Shown in pieces: positions 10,946 to 19,169 of a stretch of 64,000 nucleotides of DNA. A model generated the notes under the pieces. The model had not been told where the DNA came from. It made no database searches and saw nothing but the letters and a program-made list of their open reading frames with translations. The position numbers and the translations under genes were made by a program. Source of the stretch: Candidatus Binatia bacterium (lineage in GTDB: Bacteria; Desulfobacterota; Binatia; UBA9968; CAXXLF01); the NCBI GenBank assembly GCA_963664015.2, contig CAXXLF010000002.1, forward strand, positions 1,664,001-1,728,000. The letters are read 5' to 3'. The number at the start of each line of letters is the position of its first letter. Within the stretch, counting starts at the first letter, position 1.

Positions 10946-11938
10946 ATGGGACAAGTTCATCTGACACTAGCGTGCTGGGACTACGATCGAACCCGTCCCC
11001 TACAAGAGGGAAGGGCCCCCGTCGAAGGGGTTGATCTAACCTACTTACCCCTGCGGGTCGAAGAGACCTTTTGGCGCATGCTGCGCTATCAGGATTTTGA
11101 CGCCGCCGAGTTATCTATGGGGTCTTATCTAATGGCCCGGGATAAAGGACATCCCCGACTGATTGCCATTCCCGTGTTTCCGTCGCGGGCCTTTCGCCAT
11201 TCCTGCATCTATATCAATACGGGATCGGGCATCCATGATCCGAAAGACCTCGTGGGAAAGCGCGTTGGCGTGCCCGAGTATCAAATCACGATGGCGATCT
11301 GGGCGCGGGGGATTCTAGAGCATGAGTACGGGGTTAAACCGGAACAAATGAAGTGGTTCACCGGCGGCGAGGAGCAGCCCGGCCGGGTGGAAAAGCTCAG
11401 ACCGGATTTACCGAAGAACATCGACATTTGTGCGATTAGCCCGGAACAGACTCTCTCATCCATGTTGGAACGGGGAGAGATCGATGCCATGATTTCAGCC
11501 CACATACCTTCCCCTTTCGTACGGCGGTCGCCGAAGGTAGGCCGGCTGATTCCCAACTATCGCCAGGTCGAGGCCGACTACTTCCGCAAAACCGGCATCT
11601 TCCCGATCATGCACACGGTGGCACTACGCGAAGAGTTCTACGAGAAAAACCCCTGGGTGGCGCAGAGCCTGGTCAAGGCATTTGTCGAATCCATGCAGCT
11701 GTGCCAAGCATCCATGTACGAGTTCTCCGCTCTAAAGTATATGATGGCCTGGTCCATCGCTCAGATGGAGGAGGAAAGGGAACTCATGGGGGAAGATGCA
11801 TGGACCTATGGGCTGGAACCCAACCGGCATGTCTTGGAAACCCTTGTCCAGTATGCCCATGAACAGGGCCTGATCAAGAAGCGGCTGGAGGTAGGCGAAT
11901 TGTTTGCCCCCAATACCCTTGAGGATTTCAAGATTTGA
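10946..11938 (+). CDS. 4,5-dihydroxyphthalate decarboxylase-like / substrate-binding-fold protein
   Basis: LTLACWDYDRT, IPVFPSRAFRHS, GKRVGVPEYQ and TGIFPIMH motifs. Confidence 0.85.
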   Translation: MGQVHLTLACWDYDRTRPLQEGRAPVEGVDLTYLPLRVEETFWRMLRYQDFDAAELSMGSYLMARDKGHPRLIAIPVFPSRAFRHSCIYINTGSGIHDPKDLVGKRVGVPEYQITMAIWARGILEHEYGVKPEQMKWFTGGEEQPGRVEKLRPDLPKNIDICAISPEQTLSSMLERGEIDAMISAHIPSPFVRRSPKVGRLIPNYRQVEADYFRKTGIFPIMHTVALREEFYEKNPWVAQSLVKAFVESMQLCQASMYEFSALKYMMAWSIAQMEEERELMGEDAWTYGLEPNRHVLETLVQYAHEQGLIKKRLEVGELFAPNTLEDFKI

Positions 11939-12009
11939 TCGCCGAGTGATCGCCAGACCCTTAATTCGGGTCAGGCGACAGTTCATTGGATTCAACAATT
12001 TAGGTAAAA

Positions 12010-12540
12010 ATGGCAGAAAATAAAGAAAACACCCCCGAGGAAATCAAGTGGTGGATTGAGCGCGGTCCCGTCAGGGAGAGAGAGAAAAAGAACGAGCCCC
12101 TCGGCGGGATTATCGAAAAGTGGGCTTATGAACTCCTTAAGGACTACAGCCAGGAGCAGGCCCTCAAGAGCGTTGCCGGCATCAATCAGCGGATTTTCAA
12201 GGACCTATCGGTAGCGCCCGGCGAATGGGGTTACCAGTCCCTCGATATTGGCAAATTCCACCCGGGCCGGCTGGCCAAGATCAAAGAAGTGCTCAAGCTA
12301 CCTCCCAACGCCAGGGCCCTGGTCATCGATGCTGCTTTTTCGGTGAGGATCCTCATCACCGGCGACCCCATCGGCGAGAGGGTCCTCGATCTCAACTTCA
12401 CCCCGCACCCTTCCATGGATTACTGGATCAAAGGCGAACTTGTGGAAGAACAGCTCTTTTCCGGCCTGGATCAGGCCTTGAGAAAACTGCGGCCGTTATT
12501 GAACCGCTACCTGGAGACTCCCCCAGAAGATCAGTATTAG
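12010..12540 (+). CDS. Hypothetical protein
   Basis: 176-aa ORF with normal composition; family not recognised. Confidence 0.7.
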   Translation: MAENKENTPEEIKWWIERGPVREREKKNEPLGGIIEKWAYELLKDYSQEQALKSVAGINQRIFKDLSVAPGEWGYQSLDIGKFHPGRLAKIKEVLKLPPNARALVIDAAFSVRILITGDPIGERVLDLNFTPHPSMDYWIKGELVEEQLFSGLDQALRKLRPLLNRYLETPPEDQY

Positions 12541-12565
12541 CTATTGGGTATAATTAGACGAAAGT

Positions 12566-13705
12566 TTAAGCCTGCTGTTCCCGCGTTTCGGAACGTCGGT
12601 CATCCTTGGAACCCAACGGCACCGATGCGGTGACTTCCATACCGTACCCCGAAAGGGCAACGAGATTCTTGGGATTGTTGGTGAGCAGACGCATCTTTCG
12701 CACCCCCAGGTCTCTCAGGATCTGAGCGCCGATCCCATATTCCATGAAATCCCTATCATCCCCTTTCCTCCGATCCAGGGGCCCCATTTCTTTACCCTCA
12801 ACCTGTAGATACAGGATTACCCCCTTGCCCTCTTTGGCAATGATCTCCATGGAGCGGTGGATGACCCAGCGAGAATCGGGGGACGGAGAACCAGGAGAGG
12901 CAAGGCTTACCTCAAAAACGTCCCCGGCCACGTATTTGGACTGCACCCGCACCAGGGTTTCCTCATCGGGAGACAGCTCACCCTTGACCAGGGCCAGGTG
13001 CTCGCTGCCATCCACATGGGTGTTATAAACCACCGCGTCGACCACTCCTCCGGATCGAGTGGGAAGCTTAGCGGATGCGGCCCGGTAAACAAGACTGTCG
13101 CACTTGAGCCGGTACTGAATCAGATCGGGCACCGTACACAACTTCAACCCATGTTCCTCGGAAAAGGCCTCGAGATCGGGGAGCCGCGCCATCGTACCGT
13201 CATCCTTCATGACCTCGCAGATCACCCCGGACGGCTTCAAACCAGCCAAACGTGCCAGGTCCACGGACCCCTCGGTTTGACCGGCACGGACGAGGACACC
13301 GCCTTTCTTTGCCTGGAGCGGGAAGATATGCCCCGGGGTAACGATCTTACCTGCGTCCGCGGCATCGCCAATGGCGGCGAGAATGGTATAGGCCCGATCC
13401 GCCGCTGATATCCCTGTGGTGATGTTTTCCGCGGCATCGATGGTAATGGTAAAGGCCGTACCATAGGGGGAGGTATTATCGGCAACCATCATGGACAAGC
13501 CGAGCTTGGCTATATCTTCCTCGATCATGGGCAAGCAGATGAGACCCCGGCCATAGCGGGCCATAAAGTTGATGGCATCAGGGGTCACTTTCTCCGCTGC
13601 CATGCATAGATCCCCTTCGTTTTCACGGTTTTTGTCGTCCATCAGGACGACCATCCGGCCCTCGCGGATATCTTCGATAGCCTCTTCGATAGTCACTATT
13701 GCCAT
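12566..13705 (-). CDS. ribB: 3,4-dihydroxy-2-butanone-4-phosphate synthase fused to a degenerate GTP cyclohydrolase II-like domain (RibBX type)
   Basis: [27 protein letters not shown] and [11 protein letters not shown] motifs; C-domain has [11 protein letters not shown] and RLLTNNP but lacks the Zn-binding cysteines. Confidence 0.92.
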   Translation of the reverse strand: MAIVTIEEAIEDIREGRMVVLMDDKNRENEGDLCMAAEKVTPDAINFMARYGRGLICLPMIEEDIAKLGLSMMVADNTSPYGTAFTITIDAAENITTGISAADRAYTILAAIGDAADAGKIVTPGHIFPLQAKKGGVLVRAGQTEGSVDLARLAGLKPSGVICEVMKDDGTMARLPDLEAFSEEHGLKLCTVPDLIQYRLKCDSLVYRAASAKLPTRSGGVVDAVVYNTHVDGSEHLALVKGELSPDEETLVRVQSKYVAGDVFEVSLASPGSPSPDSRWVIHRSMEIIAKEGKGVILYLQVEGKEMGPLDRRKGDDRDFMEYGIGAQILRDLGVRKMRLLTNNPKNLVALSGYGMEVTASVPLGSKDDRRSETREQQA

Positions 13706-13749
13706 GGGAGTTCACTTTACCACGCCACCCCGGTACGTCAACAACGCCT

Positions 13750-14135
13750 GGGGGGGGAGAGTAAGACAGTAGGCCGTTTGCAGTAGGCAGTAAGAAAGCT
13801 AAGTGCTAGGAGGAGAGCCTTTAGAGCAATTAACCGCAGATTTTCGCTGATTATCGCAGATGCAGATTCGGATATCTCACCGCAGAGACGTTTTTCGACT
13901 GTGCACGGGACTGAGGGAAGAGTTTTTGCCCAATCGGGAGACGACGATTGGGCAAAAGGCCTCGCTTTCAAAAGCAGTATCTTTTTGTTTGTCGTCGTCT
14001 CCCGACAAACAAATAATATTTGTGTTCTGTTCTTAGCACTGTTCCTGCTGCCCATTGCATACTGCTTACTGTCTTTTGAATTGCTGCCTCCTGCCTACTG
14101 CCCACTATCTTAATTTCCGCGCAATGCGCTTTGCA
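13750..14135. repeat. Composite intergenic repeat element, locus 2
   Basis: End module inverted (about 13753-13790); TTAACCGCAGATTTTCGCTGATTATCGCAGAT 13830-61; twin hairpins 13924-13957 and 13984-14013 are the reverse complement of locus 1. Confidence 0.85.
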
Positions 14136-14150
14136 CATGGTCGGTGTCAG

Positions 14151-14179
14151 TTGACCCTGTGGGTGCGCTCTACTATAGT
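14151..14179 (+). promoter_or_regulatory. Sigma70-like promoter of ispG
   Basis: TTGACC-17 nt-TATAGT, 6 nt before GTG 14186. Confidence 0.6.
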
Positions 14180-14185
14180 TGAGGG

Positions 14186-15283
14186 GTGTTCGAACGGAGA
14201 ATAACTCGCCCGCTTGAAATCGGGAAGGTAAAAATCGGCGGTGCCGCGCCGATTCCGGTCCAGTCGATGACGAAGACGGACACTCGCGATGTGCAGGCGA
14301 CCGTGCATCAGATCTGGGCCCTGGAGGCCGCCGGTTGTGAGCTGATCAGAGTCGCGGTTCCCGTACGTGAGGCGGCCGAGCAGCTTGCCGAAATCAAACA
14401 AAAAATCCGCATCCCCCTGATCGCCGATATTCATTTCAATTACAAGCTGGCCCTCATCGCGCTGGAGCAAGGAGTCGACGGCTTGAGGCTCAATCCAGGA
14501 AACATTGGTGCCCGCCATCTGATCGAAGAGGTCGTCAAGCTCGCCTCCGAGCGCAGGGTCCCAATCCGCATCGGTGTTAACGGCGGTTCCCTCGAGAAGG
14601 ATCTTCTAAACAAGTATGGCGGCCCTACGGCTGAGGGAATGGTCGAGAGTGCCTTGCGGCATATTAGGATATTGGAAGACGTTGGCTACAACGAGATCAA
14701 GGTCTCTCTGAAGGCCTCGGATCCCATGATGATGATCCAGGCTTATCGCATGCTCGCAGACAAAACCGAATATCCGTTTCACCTTGGCGTGACCGAGGCC
14801 GGCACCCCCAGCATGGGGACCATCAAGTCCACCGTGGGGATCGGAACGCTTTTGGCGGAAGGAATCGGGGATACCATTCGGGTTTCTCTGGCAGCGGACC
14901 CGGTTGAGGAGATCCGTGTCGGCATTGAGATCCTCAAGGCCCTGGGCCTGCGTAAACACGGGTATACCTTTGTTGCCTGCCCCTCCTGTGGCCGCGCCGA
15001 TATCGACCTGGTAGCCCTGGCCAAGGAAGTGGAGCAGCGTATGTTGCCCTATAGCAATAAGGATATCCACGTGGCCGTCATGGGCTGTGAAGTGAACGGA
15101 CCGGGGGAGGCCCGGGGCGCGGATATCGGCGTGGCCGGCGGAAAAGGTATTGGTTTGATCTTTAAAAAAGGTCAAATCATTCGGAAGGTCCCTGAAGCGC
15201 AAATTGTGGAAACCCTGATGGAAGAGGTGGAAAATTTGGTGGCCGAGAAGGAGGCCGTAGGCCAAGCGGTTGACCAGGATTAG
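14186..15283 (+). CDS. ispG: (E)-4-hydroxy-3-methylbut-2-enyl diphosphate synthase
   Basis: VQSMT, ADIHF, RLNPGNIG, CPSCGR and MGCEVNGPGEA motifs. Confidence 0.97.
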   Translation: MFERRITRPLEIGKVKIGGAAPIPVQSMTKTDTRDVQATVHQIWALEAAGCELIRVAVPVREAAEQLAEIKQKIRIPLIADIHFNYKLALIALEQGVDGLRLNPGNIGARHLIEEVVKLASERRVPIRIGVNGGSLEKDLLNKYGGPTAEGMVESALRHIRILEDVGYNEIKVSLKASDPMMMIQAYRMLADKTEYPFHLGVTEAGTPSMGTIKSTVGIGTLLAEGIGDTIRVSLAADPVEEIRVGIEILKALGLRKHGYTFVACPSCGRADIDLVALAKEVEQRMLPYSNKDIHVAVMGCEVNGPGEARGADIGVAGGKGIGLIFKKGQIIRKVPEAQIVETLMEEVENLVAEKEAVGQAVDQD

Positions 15284-15325
15284 CTGCTTCATTGACTCAC
15301 TCAAGCCCCCGGCAAAATAGATCCC

Positions 15326-17050
15326 GTGCGCTGGAACACAACTTTTATCCCTACCCTTAAAGAGGACCCGGCGGATGCCGAAGTCGTCAGCCACAAGCTC
15401 CTGGTCCGTGCCGGAATGATCCGTCAGGTAACCCGCGGCGTGTACGACTATCTGCCCCTGGGCCTCAGGGTCATTCGCAAGACGGAGGCGATCGTACGAG
15501 AGGAAATGAATCGGGCTGGGGCCCAGGAGCTCCTGCTGCCTTTTACCTCGCCTGCCGAACTGTGGCGTGAGAGCGGTCGCTGGGACGTCTACGGTAAGGA
15601 GCTGCTTCGGCTCAAAGACCGCCATGAAAGGGACTTCTGCCTCGCACCGACTCATGAGGAGGTCATTACGGACCTGATCCGCCGAGAGGTGCGCTCCTAC
15701 CGGGAGCTCCCGTTTAACCTGTATCAGCTCCAGACCAAGTTTCGCGACGAAGTGCGCCCGCGCTTCGGCCTCATGCGGGGTCGCGAGTTCATCATGAAGG
15801 ACGCCTACAGCTTCCACGCGGATATGGACGACTGCCGCCGCGAGTATCAGAATATGTTCGAAACCTACAACCGGATCTTTAGCCGGTGTGGTTTAAAATT
15901 TCGCCCCGTAGAGGCGGATACGGGGGCCATCGGCGGAACCCTTTCCCATGAATTTCAGGTCCTGGCCGAATCCGGAGAAGACGCCCTGGTGACGTGCCAG
16001 AGTTGCAATTATGCGGCTAACGTTCAAACAGCGGAGAACCGGCACCTTCAGCCGGCGACACGGGGACAGGAAAAGACGACGCCTATTAAAAAGGTAAGTA
16101 CGCCGAGAAAGAAGAGCGTTCCCGACGTTGCTCGGTTTCTCAAGCTCCCCACCGACCGATTCATCAAGACCCTGATCTACAAAGTCGACGGGAAGGAACT
16201 GGTGGCCGTTTTGCTGCGCGGCGACCATGAGATGAACGAACTCAAATTACAGAAGTTCCTCGCGTGCGATGAAGTGTCACTCGCAGACGAAGGCGAGGTC
16301 CAGTCAAAGACCGGACTGGTTCCGGGTTTCCTGGGTCCAGTCGGTCTTAAACTAAAAATCGTAGCCGACCATGCAGTTGAGGGGATGCAAGGGGCAGTCA
16401 CCGGTGCCAACCAGGCCGATCACCATCTCGTCGAGGTCGATCAGGCAAGGGACTTTACGGTATCGGCCTATGCAGATCTCAGAACCGCCATGCCCGGCGA
16501 CGCCTGTCCCCGGTGCGACAGCGGTAAGCTCGAACGCTACCGGGGAATCGAAGTCGGGCAGATCTTTTACCTGGGGACCAAATACAGCGAGGTCATGAAG
16601 GCCAAGTTTCTCGACGCCGAGGGAAAAGAACGGCCTATCGAAATGGGCTGCTACGGGATCGGCATTACCCGTCTCATGGCCGCAGCCATTGAGCAGAACC
16701 ACGATGAGAACGGGATCATCTGGTCCATGCCCCTGGCTCCGTTTCAAGTTATCCTGCTTCCGATTAACTACAAAGACAAGGCCATCCAGGAGGCCGCGGA
16801 TACCCTATACAACGAATTGCTTGAAAAAGGGATCGAGGTTCTGCTGGATGACCGTGACGAGCGCCCTGGAGTCAAATTCAAGGACGCCGATCTCATCGGA
16901 ATCCCCCTACGCGTTACCATAGGGGCCAAAGGGCTGCAGAAGGGAAGTGTCGAGGTACGCCGTCGGTCCGTTGGAGAAACGACCGACGTTGCCCTGGCCG
17001 AAACCGTGGCCCAGATTCAATCCATGGTTGCCGAAGGCCTGAAGAGCTGA
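15326..17050 (+). CDS. proS: Proline--tRNA ligase with INS editing domain
   Basis: LAPTHEE, FRDEVRPRFGLMRGREFIMKDAY and MGCYGIG motifs. Confidence 0.98.
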   Translation: MRWNTTFIPTLKEDPADAEVVSHKLLVRAGMIRQVTRGVYDYLPLGLRVIRKTEAIVREEMNRAGAQELLLPFTSPAELWRESGRWDVYGKELLRLKDRHERDFCLAPTHEEVITDLIRREVRSYRELPFNLYQLQTKFRDEVRPRFGLMRGREFIMKDAYSFHADMDDCRREYQNMFETYNRIFSRCGLKFRPVEADTGAIGGTLSHEFQVLAESGEDALVTCQSCNYAANVQTAENRHLQPATRGQEKTTPIKKVSTPRKKSVPDVARFLKLPTDRFIKTLIYKVDGKELVAVLLRGDHEMNELKLQKFLACDEVSLADEGEVQSKTGLVPGFLGPVGLKLKIVADHAVEGMQGAVTGANQADHHLVEVDQARDFTVSAYADLRTAMPGDACPRCDSGKLERYRGIEVGQIFYLGTKYSEVMKAKFLDAEGKERPIEMGCYGIGITRLMAAAIEQNHDENGIIWSMPLAPFQVILLPINYKDKAIQEAADTLYNELLEKGIEVLLDDRDERPGVKFKDADLIGIPLRVTIGAKGLQKGSVEVRRRSVGETTDVALAETVAQIQSMVAEGLKS

Positions 17051-17054
17051 CGCG

Positions 17055-17819
17055 ATGGCCTCGAACCCAGATGCCGTCGTGTTGCCTGTTTCAATGAAGG
17101 AAAAACTGATCCTGGCCTTGGACGTCGACGATCTGGAACCGGTCAAACGGCTCGTCGGCTTACTATCCGGCCAGGTAGAGTTGTTCAAGATCGGCAAGCA
17201 GCTATTCGTCCATGCCGGCCCGTCTGTAGTCAAGCTCATCCGTGACCAGGGCGGCGAAGTCTTCCTGGATCTCAAATTTCACGATATTCCCAACACCGTG
17301 TCCAAGGCCGCCGTCGAGGCCACCCGCCTCGGCGTGAGGATGTTTAATCTCCACGCCTCGGGCGGTCTGGAGATGATGCGCCAGACCGTTGAGGCCGTGC
17401 ATGATATCGGCAGCAAGGCAAAGCTCCGTCGTCCCATCCTCTTAGGAGTAACCGTTCTAACCAGTCTCGACCAGGAGGACCTCACCCGGATAGGCGTAAC
17501 GGCAAAGGTTACCGATCAAGTCGTGCGACTGGCGACCCTATGCCAGGAAGCGGGGATGGACGGCGTAGTGGCATCGCCCCGAGAGGTCAGTTTGATCCGC
17601 TCCGCCTGCGGCCCTCGCTTCACGATCGTTTGCCCCGGCATTCGCCCTCAAGGCAAGGCGCAGGCCGATCAAAAAAGGGTGATGACGCCAGGAGAGGCCA
17701 TTCGCACCGGTGCAGATTATATCGTCGTCGGCCGTCCCATCACGGAGGCGAAAGATCCGCTGGCGGCATCCAGAGAGATCGTCGCGGAAATGGTACAGGC
17801 CGCCAATACGGACCATTGA
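17055..17819 (+). CDS. pyrF: Orotidine-5'-phosphate decarboxylase
   Basis: LALD, FLDLKFHDIPNTV, PGIRP and VVGRPI motifs. Confidence 0.97.
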   Translation: MASNPDAVVLPVSMKEKLILALDVDDLEPVKRLVGLLSGQVELFKIGKQLFVHAGPSVVKLIRDQGGEVFLDLKFHDIPNTVSKAAVEATRLGVRMFNLHASGGLEMMRQTVEAVHDIGSKAKLRRPILLGVTVLTSLDQEDLTRIGVTAKVTDQVVRLATLCQEAGMDGVVASPREVSLIRSACGPRFTIVCPGIRPQGKAQADQKRVMTPGEAIRTGADYIVVGRPITEAKDPLAASREIVAEMVQAANTDH

Positions 17820-17841
17820 GGCACGGACCAGTGAAATAATC

Positions 17842-18732
17842 ATGAAGCCGACGGGATTCTATACATTACTCGGCTTGGTATTTTCCCTGTTCATTATCCC
17901 CACTATCGTTCTCGCCCAAGGGGTAAAAGAAGATAGGGTGAAGCGAGGCCAGTATATTTTTGCCCTGGCCGGCGGCTGCGCCTGCCACACGATGCCTGAA
18001 AAGACCCCGCATGCGGGGGGACGAAAGTTTCCCGTTCCCCTGGGGACAGCCTACTCCACCAACATAACTCAGGACAAAGAGACCGGGCTTGGCAACTGGT
18101 CGGATGAGGAAATTCTTAACGCTATGGTCAAGGGGATCCGCCCCAACGGGCAGAGGGTGCTGCCCTTGATGCCCTACGAGGCCTACTCGGGTATGGCGGA
18201 AGAGGACCTGAGGGCCCTGATCGCCTATATGAAGACGCTAAAGCCGGTGCGCAAAAAATCACCGCCAGCGAAGTTTCAGGTCCCATTCATACGCTCTTTG
18301 ATGACCCCCATGTGGCTCAAACTCTTCGCCCACTTCTCGACACCCCCTAAGCAAGCGCCCAAAAGCGGAATCAAAAGGGGCAAGTACCTGGTCGATCACG
18401 TGGCCCTTTGCGGCGACTGCCATACACCTCGAAAATCCTTGGGGGTACCGAACCGTTCCCTCTACCTCGCAGGCGCCGAGTCGGGTCCTCTGGGAGAAGA
18501 CGTACCCAACATTACACCCGACGAAAATACCGGCATTAAAGACTGGAGCCGTGACCAGATCGCCGACCTTCTCATCAAGGGAACCAAACCGGACGGGGAT
18601 GAAGTTCAGGGCCTCATGGACGAGGTCATCTGGGGAACGCCTCTCGGCTACAAGGACATGAACCGCCAGGATGCTTTAGCCATTGCCGATTACCTGAAGT
18701 CCATCCCACCCATCGTCAACGAGATCAATTAG
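17842..18732 (+). CDS. Periplasmic diheme cytochrome c (gluconate/alcohol dehydrogenase cytochrome c subunit-like)
   Basis: Signal peptide; RGQY..GGCACHT, NITQDKETGLGNWS, RGKYLV..CGDCHTPR and PNITPD motifs. Confidence 0.88.
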   Translation: MKPTGFYTLLGLVFSLFIIPTIVLAQGVKEDRVKRGQYIFALAGGCACHTMPEKTPHAGGRKFPVPLGTAYSTNITQDKETGLGNWSDEEILNAMVKGIRPNGQRVLPLMPYEAYSGMAEEDLRALIAYMKTLKPVRKKSPPAKFQVPFIRSLMTPMWLKLFAHFSTPPKQAPKSGIKRGKYLVDHVALCGDCHTPRKSLGVPNRSLYLAGAESGPLGEDVPNITPDENTGIKDWSRDQIADLLIKGTKPDGDEVQGLMDEVIWGTPLGYKDMNRQDALAIADYLKSIPPIVNEIN

Positions 18733-18771
18733 AACCTAAGATCAAAGCAGACAAATACCTCCTTAGGAACC

Positions 18772-19164
18772 TAACCGCAGATTTTCGCTGATTATCGCAG
18801 ACGGGAACACAGCAAAGCGCTAAGACAGGGCTATTACTGCGGGACAACTGACAGAAGGAAGACAGTTTGCAGTAGGCAGTAAGAAAGCTATGCGCTAAGA
18901 GTAAGGCAGTTTCAAAACTCAAAACCCTAAATCCGAAATAAATTTAAATAACAGAATACCTAATCTCAAAACTACAGAATTAAATAGGGTAGGGCTTTGG
19001 TAATTTTAATTTTGATATTGCTTAGAGTTTCGGATTTGGGATTTGGTGCTTTGGATTTAGAATTTATTATTTAGTCTGCGGATATCTGCATAAATCTGAG
19101 GTTAAATGTCTTCACTCTTTGCCCCTTGCTGCCTACTGTCTTACTCTTCCCCTCAGCGCTTTGC
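18772..19164. repeat. Composite intergenic repeat element, locus 3
   Basis: TAACCGCAGATTTTCGCTGATTATCGCAGA 18772; GCAAAGCGCT (18812) paired with AGCGCTTTGC (19164); AT-rich AAATCCGAAA..TTTCGGATTT core. Confidence 0.85.
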
Positions 19165-19169
19165 AGCGG

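Noticed and set aside
10378-14113. ORFs 10378-10587, 13738-14055 and 13901-14113 sharing FVCRETTTNKK / FAQxSSPDWA
   Set aside because: The similarity comes from translating the twin-hairpin repeat; starts and ends differ and there is no RBS, so they are treated as non-coding.
14606-15817. 403-aa antisense ORF across ispG/proS, and similar antisense ORFs over the ABC, nuo and groEL genes
   Set aside because: Shadow frames of well-supported GC-rich genes, with no recognisable motifs.
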